From Gemmatimonadota bacterium (lineage in GTDB: Bacteria > Gemmatimonadota > Gemmatimonadetes > Longimicrobiales > Gaopeijiaceae): DNA of 64,000 bases. The notes below the pieces were generated by a model that was not told the origin of the DNA, searched no databases, and worked only from the letters and a program-made list of their open reading frames with translations. Within the stretch, counting starts at the first letter, position 1. Every line of letters begins with the position of its first letter. The position numbers and the translations under genes are program-made. This document shows positions 10,195 to 21,938 of this stretch, in pieces. The DNA lies in NCBI GenBank assembly GCA_040904945.1, contig JBBDSM010000134.1, positions 668-64,667 on the forward strand, read 5' to 3'.

Positions 10195-11094
10195 TTGGCC
10201 GCGCTCCGGTCGCTCGACGCGGCCGGAATGGGGTTCGAACCGATCCTCGTGGGACCGGACGGCGCCGAGCCGTGGACCTCGAGCGCCGACTCCGCGGACG
10301 AAAGCTGGGTTCCCCATCGATCCACGCTGGACGACCGGAAGGCCGGCATCATCGCGGCCGAAGCGATCGAGCGCGCCGTGGCCATGGCGATGGACGGCTC
10401 CGCGCACGCAATCGTGACGGCCCCGATCCATAAGCCTTCCTTGCACGCCTCCGGCCGCCACTTTCCGGGGCACACGGAGATGCTCCAGGCCCTGGCGAGC
10501 GCGCCCGCCGTCGGGATGCTGATGGCCGCAGAACGGACCCGCCTGGACGGGCCTCTCCGGGTCCTCCTCGCGACCACCCACGTGGCCCTGGCCGACGTTC
10601 CCGACCTCCTGTCCGAGGACGTCCTGGTCACGCAGACGACCCTGCTGAACGACGCGCTCGCAAACGACTGGAGCATCGCCGAGCCGCGGATCGCCCTCTG
10701 TGCCTTCAACCCGCATGCATCGGACGATGGGCTCTTCGGCGACGAGGAAGCCAGGGTCTACAGGCCCGCGCTGACGCGTCTGGGGGCCGCCGGTATCCAC
10801 GCCGAAGGACCACTTCCCGCGGACACCGTGTTCCAACGCGCCATCGGCGGCGCATTCGACGCCGTCGTCGCTCCGTACCACGATGTCGGAATGGCCGCGT
10901 TCAAGACCGTCTGCTTCGGCACCGGCGTGAACGTGACCCTCGGACTCCCGTTCGTCCGGACGTCTCCCGACCACGGCACGGCGTTCGATCTGGCGGGAAC
11001 GGGCCGGGCCGATTGCACGTCCATGCGAGAGGCCTTAGAGCTCGCCGTCCGACTGGCTCGTACCCGCTTTGACAGGGCCTCCGGCCGTGTCTAA
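10195..11094 (+). CDS. pdxA: 4-hydroxythreonine-4-phosphate dehydrogenase
   Basis: PdxA-family sequence: APIHK, FPGHTEMLQ, NPHA.. and SPDHGTAFD. The start is unresolved. The conserved RVAITPGDPRGIGPEV motif is encoded in frame at 10144-10191, upstream of the first canonical start (TTG 10195). Confidence 0.88.
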   Translation: MAALRSLDAAGMGFEPILVGPDGAEPWTSSADSADESWVPHRSTLDDRKAGIIAAEAIERAVAMAMDGSAHAIVTAPIHKPSLHASGRHFPGHTEMLQALASAPAVGMLMAAERTRLDGPLRVLLATTHVALADVPDLLSEDVLVTQTTLLNDALANDWSIAEPRIALCAFNPHASDDGLFGDEEARVYRPALTRLGAAGIHAEGPLPADTVFQRAIGGAFDAVVAPYHDVGMAAFKTVCFGTGVNVTLGLPFVRTSPDHGTAFDLAGTGRADCTSMREALELAVRLARTRFDRASGRV

Positions 11095-11130
11095 GCTTTC
11101 GCGTCAAGGCTCCCTACCCCGCCGGCTCCG

Positions 11131-11817
11131 TTGATCGATCTCAAGAACGTCTCGAAGGAATACCCCAGGAGGGGACACGCGCTGCGCGACGTGTCGCTGC
11201 ACGTGGCGAAGAGCGAGTTCGTCTTCCTCACGGGGCATTCCGGGTCCGGCAAATCCACGACCATGCGGCTCATCCACATGGCCGATCGGCCGACCGCGGG
11301 CGAAGTCCGGGTCGCAGCCTACTCTTCGGAGCGGATCAGCGACCGGGAAGTCTGGAAGGTCCGGCGCAGGGTCGGCTTCGTCTTCCAGGATTTCAGGCTC
11401 CTGCCCGGCCGCACAGCCACGGAAAACGTGGCCTTCGCGCTCGAGGTGACCGGCACGAAACGGAGCGAGATCCTCCCGCGGTCCCAGAAGCTGCTGGGCC
11501 AGGTCGGGCTCTCGGCCAAGTCCGGGGCCCTCGTGCACGAACTTTCGGGCGGCGAGCAGCAGCGGGTGGCCATCGCTCGCGCGCTCGCCAACGACCCGTA
11601 CGTCCTGCTCGCCGACGAGCCGACCGGCAATCTCGACGACCGAGCGACACGCGGCATCATGGACCTGTTCTGGGACATCAACGCCCGCGGGATGGCGGTC
11701 GTGATGGCGACCCACGACATGGGCCTCATCGGCCGGTACGGCCACGCCCGCGTGATCGAGCTCGACGACGGCCGGCTCGTGTACGACTCCGCGGCAGCCA
11801 CCCCGGCAGGGGACTGA
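11131..11817 (+). CDS. ftsE: Cell division ATP-binding protein FtsE
   Basis: 228 aa. GHSGSGKST (Walker A), LSGGEQQRVAIARAL (ABC signature) and LLADEPTGNLD (Walker B). It is followed by ftsX. Confidence 0.95.
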   Translation: MIDLKNVSKEYPRRGHALRDVSLHVAKSEFVFLTGHSGSGKSTTMRLIHMADRPTAGEVRVAAYSSERISDREVWKVRRRVGFVFQDFRLLPGRTATENVAFALEVTGTKRSEILPRSQKLLGQVGLSAKSGALVHELSGGEQQRVAIARALANDPYVLLADEPTGNLDDRATRGIMDLFWDINARGMAVVMATHDMGLIGRYGHARVIELDDGRLVYDSAAATPAGD

Positions 11818-11820
11818 CCC

Positions 11821-12675
11821 GTGTACGCGATCAGGGAAGCCCTCGCCGCGTTCCGCCGTGCTCCGCTCTTGACCGGACTTTCGGCGGCCATGGTGGGTCT
11901 CGCGCTCCTCGTCGTCGGGCTGTTCGGGCTCGCGGCACACAACCTCGACCTCGCCCTCGCGTCCATCGAAGAGCGCGTGGAGGTCGTCGCCTACCTCCGG
12001 GACGACGTGCGGCAGAACGAGATCGATCTGGCCCTCCAGGAGATCTCCGCGCTCGAGCAGGTACGCTCCGTCCGTTACATATCGAAGCGCGACGCGCTGG
12101 AACGGGCGAGGGCGGACCTCCCGGACTTCGGAGCGCTCTTCTCCGACCTGGCCGTGAACCCCCTGCCGCAGTCGCTGGAGATCGAGCTGAGGCCCGGAGC
12201 GCGTGACCCCGCCGTCGTCGACCGCGTCGCCGAGGCGGCCATGGCCTATCCGTTCGTGGAGGACGCCCGTTACGGGCGGGAGTGGGTCGATCGGCTGTTC
12301 ACGCTTCGGCGCGTCGGTGCGGGCGCCACCGCGGTCCTGGGCGGGGCCTTCGCGCTGGTGGCCGCGCTCATCATCGCGACCGCCCTCCGGATCGCCATCT
12401 TCGCGCGCCGGGACGAGATTTACGTGATGCGGCTGGTCGGCGCGCGCAACGGCTTCATCCGGCGGCCCTTCCTCGTCGAGGGCGCGATGGCCGGCCTGTT
12501 GGGCGGGCTCATCGCCTGGGGCCTCACCTACGCCACCTACCGCTCCGTCTACGTGTCGCTCTTCGAGATCGTCTGGATCCCCGACCCGTGGGTCGCGGCC
12601 GGGATCGGCGGCGGGGTCCTCTTCGGCATCCTGTCCAGCGCGCTTGCGGTTCGACGCCACCTCCGGGAAATATGA
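11821..12675 (+). CDS. ftsX: Cell division permease FtsX
   Basis: 284 aa. It has an N-terminal TM, a periplasmic domain and three C-terminal TMs. It lies 3 nt after ftsE. Confidence 0.93.
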   Translation: MYAIREALAAFRRAPLLTGLSAAMVGLALLVVGLFGLAAHNLDLALASIEERVEVVAYLRDDVRQNEIDLALQEISALEQVRSVRYISKRDALERARADLPDFGALFSDLAVNPLPQSLEIELRPGARDPAVVDRVAEAAMAYPFVEDARYGREWVDRLFTLRRVGAGATAVLGGAFALVAALIIATALRIAIFARRDEIYVMRLVGARNGFIRRPFLVEGAMAGLLGGLIAWGLTYATYRSVYVSLFEIVWIPDPWVAAGIGGGVLFGILSSALAVRRHLREI

Positions 12676-13901
12676 GCCAGCCGGGATCGCGTACGGTCCG
12701 CGGATGCGTCTTCGCGCTGGCACTCTTCGCCCTGGGTGCGTCCGGAAGCTCCGCGCAGGATCCTAACGCGCTCCGCCAGGAGATCGCCGAGAGCCAGAGG
12801 CGGCTCGAGCAGATCCGTGCGGAGCGGGAGCGACTCGAGCGCGAGATGGGCGACGTGCGCAACCGGGTCCGTGACGTATCGACCGAGCTCTCGAACGTGG
12901 AGCGGCGACTCTCCGCCACCCGCTCGGTCCTCGCCGAGGTCGAGTTCCAGTCGGACGCCACGGCCTCCCAAATCGAGGAGACCACGCGCAACCTGCTCCA
13001 GGCGCGGGAGCGGATGGCCGAGAGCCAGGCGATCCTCCACCGTCGGCTGCGCGACATCTACAAGATGGGGCCACTCCGCACGGTGCAGGTCCTCCTCGGC
13101 GCGACCTCGTTCACGGATCTACTCAACCGCTACCGGTATCTCCAGCACATTGCGCAGTTCGACCGGAGCCTCGTGGAGCGGGTCCAGGCGCTCGAAGCCG
13201 ATCTCGTCAGCGTGAACGAAGAGCTCCAGCAGCGCATGGCCCAGCTGGGGGGGCTTCGTCGCGATCGCCTCTCCGAGGTGGCCGAGCTGCGCGCCGTCGA
13301 GTCCGAGCGCCAGGCGGCCCTTCAGCAGTTCCGCTCCCGCGAGCAGGCTGCCGCCAGCCGCCTCCAGGAGCTCGAGGCCGACGAGGCGCGCCTGACCGGG
13401 CTCATCGACGGCCTGGAAACGCGCCGACGTGAGCTCGAGGCACGCAGCACGGCCCCGGCCGCTGCCGCCACCCTCACCGCCGCCGACGCGGGCCTGCTCG
13501 ATTGGCCCATCGACGGACGCATCATCTACCGGTTCGGCCGAGAGCAGCGCCCGAACGGCATGGTGCTCCGGTGGAACGGAATCGGGCTCGCGGCGCCCAC
13601 GGGTACCCCCGTGCGAGCGGTGAGGCCGGGCCGGGTGGTGCTGGCCGGACCCTTCGAGGGCTACGGCCCGACGGTGGTCCTGAGCCACGGCGACGGCGTG
13701 TACACCCTCTATCTCTACCTCGAGGAGATCGGGGTGGTGGAGGGGCGCGACGTGGAGGTCGGCCAGGTCGTCGGCACCGTAGGAGGTGAGGATACGCCCG
13801 AGGGACCGCACATCGAGTTCCAGATCCGGGCACCCTCGGGCACCGGCGCGCCGCAAGCGCAGGACCCCATGGAGTGGCTGCGACCGAGGGGGCCGTCGTG
13901 A
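12672..13901 (+). CDS. EnvC-like murein hydrolase activator / M23 peptidase
   Basis: ATG 12672 overlaps the ftsX stop (ATGA). It has a signal peptide and a long coiled coil. The C-terminal LytM/M23 domain reads GIGLAAPTGTPVRAV...GYGPTVVLSHGDGVYTLY...GPHIEF. The ftsEX-envC synteny is conserved. Confidence 0.88.
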   Translation: MSQPGSRTVRGCVFALALFALGASGSSAQDPNALRQEIAESQRRLEQIRAERERLEREMGDVRNRVRDVSTELSNVERRLSATRSVLAEVEFQSDATASQIEETTRNLLQARERMAESQAILHRRLRDIYKMGPLRTVQVLLGATSFTDLLNRYRYLQHIAQFDRSLVERVQALEADLVSVNEELQQRMAQLGGLRRDRLSEVAELRAVESERQAALQQFRSREQAAASRLQELEADEARLTGLIDGLETRRRELEARSTAPAAAATLTAADAGLLDWPIDGRIIYRFGREQRPNGMVLRWNGIGLAAPTGTPVRAVRPGRVVLAGPFEGYGPTVVLSHGDGVYTLYLYLEEIGVVEGRDVEVGQVVGTVGGEDTPEGPHIEFQIRAPSGTGAPQAQDPMEWLRPRGPS

Positions 13902-15066
13902 CCCTGCACCCGCTGTTCGGTCACGAGGACGCCCGCCGCATGGTGGCGCGCTCCCACCATGCCGGTCGGCTGCCGTCGTCGCTTCTCCTGCACGGGCCCA
14001 AAGGGGTCGGCAAGCAGCGCTTCGCCCTCTGGATCGCGCAACTGTCGGTCTGTGAGCAGCCCGACGCCGAAACCGGGCCGTGCGACGCGTGCCGGAATTG
14101 CCGGCTCCTGCTCAGCCTCGAGCATCCCGACGTGCACTGGTACATGCCGCTCTCCCGCCCGAGCAGGGTGTCGGGCGACAAGCTGGTCGACGCGCTCGAG
14201 GAGGCACGCCACGAGATGCTCCAGCACTACCGGGAGAACGGTCTGAGGTCCAGTCACTCGCCGGACGTCACCGGTCTTTACATCGGGACGGTCAGGAGTC
14301 TCCGCAAGCGGGCCCACATCCGCCCCTCGATGGCGCCCGGGCCGGTGTTCATCGTGGGCGACGCCGAGCTCCTCGTGCCGCAGGAGGCGAGCCAGGAAGC
14401 GGCGAACGCCCTCCTTAAGCTCTTGGAGGAGCCGCCCGGTGAGGCGCGCTTCATCCTGACCAGCAGCGTTCCCGGGAGCCTCCTTCCGACAATCCGCTCC
14501 AGGACGGTCCCGCTTCTGTTGTCTCCGCTTCCCGAAGAGACGATCCGTGAGATCCTCGTGGAGCGGCTGGACGTGCCGGAGGAACGGGCATCGACCGTCG
14601 CCAAGCTCGGTCAGGGATCTCTGGGGCGCGCGCTCGGCTTTCTCCCCCCGGACGACGACGAGGAAGCCCCGCTGAACGCCCTCCGTCGCGACGCGTTCAA
14701 CATCCTCCGCTCAGCGCTGGAACGGCGTCGGCATGGCGCCCACCAGCTGGCGCTGGCCTACGGCCCCTCGGGCGCCCGGGGCCTGCTCGACCTCTTCCAG
14801 ATCCTCGAAGAGTGGATCCGCGATCTCGCTGCGGTCCTGGCCGAGGGCGAGACGCCCGCGTTCCACCAGGACACCGCCGAAGCGCTCGGGAAGCTCGCGG
14901 CGCGGAGCGGCGTGCAGGCCGCGAGAGTGCCCCTGGCCCTTCGTGCGGTGGAGCGCGCCCAGGAACTCGCCAGAGGCAACGTGAATCCCCAGCTCGTGGT
15001 GGCGGGGCTCGTCCTGGACCTCGGTGACGCCCTCCTGCCCTCCACGACGACCGCCGCGCACCGCAC

Positions 15067-15070
<4 letters not shown>
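13874..15070 (+). CDS. holB: DNA polymerase III subunit delta'
   Basis: LLLHGPKGVGKQRFA (AAA+ P-loop) and the zinc module CDACRNCRLLLSLEHPDVHW. The start is GTG 13874. An alternative is GTG 13898, which overlaps the envC-like stop. Confidence 0.85.
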
Positions 15071-18257
<3,187 letters not shown>

Positions 18258-18279
18258 TCAACCTACCTCTTGAAACGAC

Positions 18280-18332
18280 GGACGCCCGTCTCCGCGACAG
18301 CCGCAGAGCGGCGTGCGCGAGGACGGGCGTCC
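18280..18332 (-). promoter_or_regulatory. Long GC-rich hairpin in the guaB 5' leader
   Basis: An 11-bp perfect inverted repeat, GGACGCCCGTC (18280-18290) with GACGGGCGTCC (18322-18332). It encloses an inner GCCGC-TCT-GCGGC stem. It lies between the candidate promoter and the guaB ATG. Confidence 0.4.
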
Positions 18333-18367
18333 ATTCGTGATCGTGTGCTGTGTCGGCTTCATGGGAG

Positions 18368-18396
18368 AGGATATCCCGAGCCCCTACGAGCGTCAA
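18368..18396 (-). promoter_or_regulatory. Candidate sigma70-type promoter of guaB
   Basis: On the minus strand, TTGACG (18396-18391), a 17-nt spacer, then TATCCT (18373-18368). Confidence 0.35.
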
Positions 18397-18405
18397 CGGG
18401 ACTGG

Positions 18406-18792
18406 CTAGCCCACGCCCCCGTCGCTTTCGCCCGTGGCCTCGTGCCGCGGCCGTGTCCGAACACCGGTCTCCGGGGTGGTGTCGACCGCCTCGTTCAGGT
18501 CCGCCAGGATCTGCTTGCCCGCAGACGAAACGCCCGAGAGGACCCGGTCCGCCGCCGAAATGAGCTGGAACGCCTCCCGAATGGTGCTCGGGCTCACGGC
18601 CTTCCTGCGCAGCTTGTCCTCCAGTCCTTCCGCGAACTTCTGCAGGCCCGACGCCTCGACGGGTACGGATCCCGCGTATTTCGCCTCCAAGAACTCGATG
18701 TAATCGAGCACCTGGTAGATCTGCTCGTTGGGAAGGCTCTCGATCCTCCGGAGGAGGCGCTGTCTCAGGACGTCGTGCATGTGGAGGCTCAC
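18406..18792 (-). CDS. Hypothetical protein with DUF2281-like N-terminal motif
   Basis: 128-aa ORF. The N-terminal RRIESLPNEQIYQVLDYIEFLEAKY resembles the DUF2281 / antitoxin-like helix. I do not recognise the rest. Confidence 0.55.
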   Translation of the reverse strand: MSLHMHDVLRQRLLRRIESLPNEQIYQVLDYIEFLEAKYAGSVPVEASGLQKFAEGLEDKLRRKAVSPSTIREAFQLISAADRVLSGVSSAGKQILADLNEAVDTTPETGVRTRPRHEATGESDGGVG

Positions 18793-18957
18793 TGGAGGGA
18801 ACTTCAGTCCGGTTGAAGTCTAATCGAGCCGGCCCGGGCACGCAGGCATTCTACCCCGGACTCTCCGGAGCGCCGTCTCTTCTTTGATGGCGCGCCTGGC
18901 CGTAGCTTGGGCGTCGGACAGGCGATTCCCACTTCATCGATCCGTCGGATCCCCCGT

Positions 18958-19779
18958 ATGGCATTCCACCCCCTTCGACCCGTGCCCATCGCTCCCGACG
19001 TGGAACGACTCTACGAAGCATGGCTGACCGAGCTCGAGCGCACGCTCGCGGACCCGGACTGCGACCGGAACGAGCTGTGCCGGGACCTGCTGACGGACAT
19101 CTACTACCCCGGGCTACGGGGCACGGAGACCGATGGGCTCCCCAGGGAAACCCTTATCGCGCTCGCGCAGATGGACCCGCGCAACGTGACCCTCGAGCCC
19201 GAGTACTACGAGGACATCGACCTCGAGCGGTACACCCCTCGCAAGCCGCTCATCTGGCTCTGGGAGATGTTCGACCGGAGCCCGCTGGGCGAGAACGTGG
19301 CTCTGGGCGTGCGCTTCCGCCGGATCCTCGCGCCCCACGTGTTCGGCAGCTGCGGCAAGAACTTCAAGGCGTTCACCTTCGTGCGGGTATCCTTCGGATA
19401 TAACCTGCACGTAGGCGACAACGTCGTGATCCACCGGCATGTGCTCCTGGACGATCGCGGCGGCATCGAGATCGGAAACGGTGCCTCGGTGTCGGACTTC
19501 GCGAACGTGTACTCGCACTCCCACGATATCGTCGACGGTCGGGACGTGAACCTCCCGACGACCCGTATCGGGGCGGGAGCCAGAATCACGTACCACGCCA
19601 CGATCCTGGCCGGCACCCATGTCGCCGAGGACTCGATGGTGGGCGCCGGCTCCATCCTGACCAAGGACACCGAGCCCCACTGGGTCTACGTCGGCGTCCC
19701 GGCCAAGAAGATCAAAGAGAAGCCGGCCGACGCCCAGGCCCGGAAGGCGCCCCGCACGCCGGACCCCTTGGCGGGCTGA
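18958..19779 (+). CDS. Left-handed beta-helix (hexapeptide) acyltransferase with about 130-aa N-terminal extension
   Basis: Hexapeptide repeats: LHVGDNVVIHRHVLLDDRGGIEIGNGASVSDFANVYSHSHD...IGAGARITYHATILAGTHVAEDSMVGAGSIL. The ORF is open from 18907, and I prefer ATG 18958. Confidence 0.8.
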   Translation: MAFHPLRPVPIAPDVERLYEAWLTELERTLADPDCDRNELCRDLLTDIYYPGLRGTETDGLPRETLIALAQMDPRNVTLEPEYYEDIDLERYTPRKPLIWLWEMFDRSPLGENVALGVRFRRILAPHVFGSCGKNFKAFTFVRVSFGYNLHVGDNVVIHRHVLLDDRGGIEIGNGASVSDFANVYSHSHDIVDGRDVNLPTTRIGAGARITYHATILAGTHVAEDSMVGAGSILTKDTEPHWVYVGVPAKKIKEKPADAQARKAPRTPDPLAG

Positions 19780-19827
19780 CGCCGGACCTGCTCGCGCGTC
19801 AACGTCGGCCGCCAGCTGCCGAACGCG

Positions 19828-21792
19828 TCAGTCGTCAACGCCCTCCTCCTCGTAGCGTCCCTTCACCCGATCGACTACGGCAGGGTCCGCCAGCGTCGTG
19901 GTGTCGCCGACCACGTGCCCGTCCGCGATATCACGGAGCAACCGGCGCATGATCTTGCCGGACCGGGTCTTGGGGAGCTCGGCCGTGAACACGACCACCT
20001 CCGGCTTTGCGATCGCTCCGATGAGGGTCCCGACGTGCTCCCGCACCTCTCGCATGAGCTCGCTCGACGGGTCCTTCCCGTCCTTGAGCGTCACGAACGC
20101 CGCGATCGCTTGTCCCTTGATGTCGTGCTTCTTGCCGACGACCGCAGCCTCCGCGACCGCCGGATGATCGACGAGCGCGCTCTCGACCTCCATGGTCCCG
20201 ATCCGGTGTCCGGCCACATTGAGGACGTCGTCGACCCGGCCGAGGATCCAGAAGTAGCCGTCGCCGTCCAGCTTCGCGCCGTCTCCGGGGAAGTATGTGT
20301 CCGGCCACTTGGACCAGTACGTCGCACGGTAGCGTTCGTCGTCGCCCCATACGGTGCGTAGCATCGACGGCCACGGGGAGCGGATGGCCAGAAAGCCCGA
20401 GTGGGCTTCGTTGCCGGAACCGTCGAGGATGGTCGCATCGATACCCGGGAACGGGCGGGTCGCCGTCCCCGGCTTCGTCTCGACCAGAGCGGGAAGCGGG
20501 GTGATCATGATGGCCCCGGTCTCGGTTTGCCACCACGTGTCCACGATCGGACAGCGTTCACCGCCGATGACCTTGTGGTACCAGACCCACGCCTCGGGAT
20601 TGATGGGCTCGCCGACGGTGCCGAGGAGCCGGAGCGACGACAGGTCGGACTTCTCCGGCCACTGATCGCCCCACCCCATGAACGCCCGGATCGCCGTGGG
20701 CGCCGTATAGAAGATCGTGACGCCGTACCGCTCACAGATCTCCCAGAACCGCCCGCGGTCCGGCCAGTCCGGAGCGCCCTCGTACATGACGACCTGTGCG
20801 CCGTTCGCCAACGGTCCGTAAACGATGTAGCTGTGTCCGGTGATCCAGCCCACGTCGGCAGTGCACCAGTAGACGTCGTCGTCCCGGAGGTCGAAGACCG
20901 CCTTCGTCGTGGCGTAGACCTGGGTGAGGTAGCCGCCGGTCGTGTGGACCACGCCCTTCGGCTTCCCGGTCGTCCCGGAGGTGTAGAGGATGAACAGCGG
21001 ATCCTCGGCATCCATCGGCTGCGCCTCGTGCTCGGCCGACGCCGAGCCGATGAGCTCGTGGTACCAGTGATCGCGGCCCTCGACCATGCCCATGTCGGTC
21101 TGCTCGGACAGCTCACCGCCGCGCCGGACGACCACGACGTTCTCCACCGTCGGCGACGTCTCGAGGGCCTCATCCGCATTCTCCTTCAGCGGAACGACGC
21201 CTCCACGTCGCCAGCCGCCGTCGGCCGTGATCAGCACCTTGGCCGCCGCGTCGTTGTTCCGGTCCGAAAGCGATCTGGGGCTGAACCCCCCGAACACCAC
21301 GGAGTGGATCGCGCCGATACGGGCGCACGCCAGCATGGCGACGGCCGCTTCGGGGATCATGGGCAGATAGATCGTCACCCGGTCGCCCTTTTCCACCCCG
21401 AGCCCGGCCAGCGCGTTGGCGAACCGGCACACCTCGTCCCTGAGCTCTTCGTAGCTGTAGGTGCGGCGGTCTCCGGGCTCCCCCTCCCAGATCAGCGCCG
21501 TCCTATCCCCGCGACCGGCATCCACATGCCGATCGACACAATTGCGGGCCACGTTCAAGCGGCCTCCGAGGAACCACTTGGCGTGCGGCGGCGTCCACTC
21601 GAGCACGCGGTCCCAGGGCTTCGCCCACTCGAGCTGCTCTGCCCACTCCGCCCAGTACCCCTCGCGATCGCTGGCCGCTCGATCCCAGACGTCCGGGTCC
21701 GACACGACGGCGCCCTCCGCGAAGCCTTCCGGCGGCGGAAAACGGCGTTCTTCATGCAGCAGGTCGTCGAGCGCTCCAGAATCCTGACTCAT
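19828..21792 (-). CDS. acs: Acetyl-CoA synthetase
   Basis: [26 protein letters not shown] and the C-terminal [11 protein letters not shown]. The start is taken at ATG 21792 (MSQDSG...). The 695-aa ORF in the track has a spurious N-terminal extension. Confidence 0.96.
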   Translation of the reverse strand: MSQDSGALDDLLHEERRFPPPEGFAEGAVVSDPDVWDRAASDREGYWAEWAEQLEWAKPWDRVLEWTPPHAKWFLGGRLNVARNCVDRHVDAGRGDRTALIWEGEPGDRRTYSYEELRDEVCRFANALAGLGVEKGDRVTIYLPMIPEAAVAMLACARIGAIHSVVFGGFSPRSLSDRNNDAAAKVLITADGGWRRGGVVPLKENADEALETSPTVENVVVVRRGGELSEQTDMGMVEGRDHWYHELIGSASAEHEAQPMDAEDPLFILYTSGTTGKPKGVVHTTGGYLTQVYATTKAVFDLRDDDVYWCTADVGWITGHSYIVYGPLANGAQVVMYEGAPDWPDRGRFWEICERYGVTIFYTAPTAIRAFMGWGDQWPEKSDLSSLRLLGTVGEPINPEAWVWYHKVIGGERCPIVDTWWQTETGAIMITPLPALVETKPGTATRPFPGIDATILDGSGNEAHSGFLAIRSPWPSMLRTVWGDDERYRATYWSKWPDTYFPGDGAKLDGDGYFWILGRVDDVLNVAGHRIGTMEVESALVDHPAVAEAAVVGKKHDIKGQAIAAFVTLKDGKDPSSELMREVREHVGTLIGAIAKPEVVVFTAELPKTRSGKIMRRLLRDIADGHVVGDTTTLADPAVVDRVKGRYEEEGVDD

Positions 21793-21881
21793 CGATTCTC
21801 TTGGACTGGGGGGACGGTGCCGGGAGACCCGGACGGGTCTGGCCCAATGTGCATGGACCCACCGGCGAAGCAAGAGAGCGC

Positions 21882-21931
21882 TTGAGATCGCCACCGGACT
21901 GCTTATCTTTATCAATAATCATTATTGATAA
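21882..21931 (+). promoter_or_regulatory. Candidate promoter plus perfect 23-bp palindromic operator (Fur-family-like) of the metal ATPase
   Basis: TTGAGA (21882-21887), a 16-nt spacer, then TATCTT (21904-21909). The palindrome TTATCAATAAT-C-ATTATTGATAA spans 21909-21931. It ends 7 nt before ATG 21939. Confidence 0.55.
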
Positions 21932-21938
21932 GGCGCCC

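Noticed and set aside
18268-18278. The 11-mer TCTTGAAACGA is shared between the guaB leader (18268-18278) and the SH3b-operon leader (35248-35258). Both copies lie just upstream of minus-strand start codons.
   Set aside because: Many chance 11-mer recurrences are expected in 2 x 64 kb. The spacing to the ATG differs (13 nt versus 4 nt), and the flanks are unrelated.
18801-18819. Small inverted repeat ACTTCA-N7-TGAAGT in the divergent spacer between the DUF2281-like gene and the acyltransferase gene.
   Set aside because: The arms are only 6 bp and cannot be extended. This is within chance expectation.
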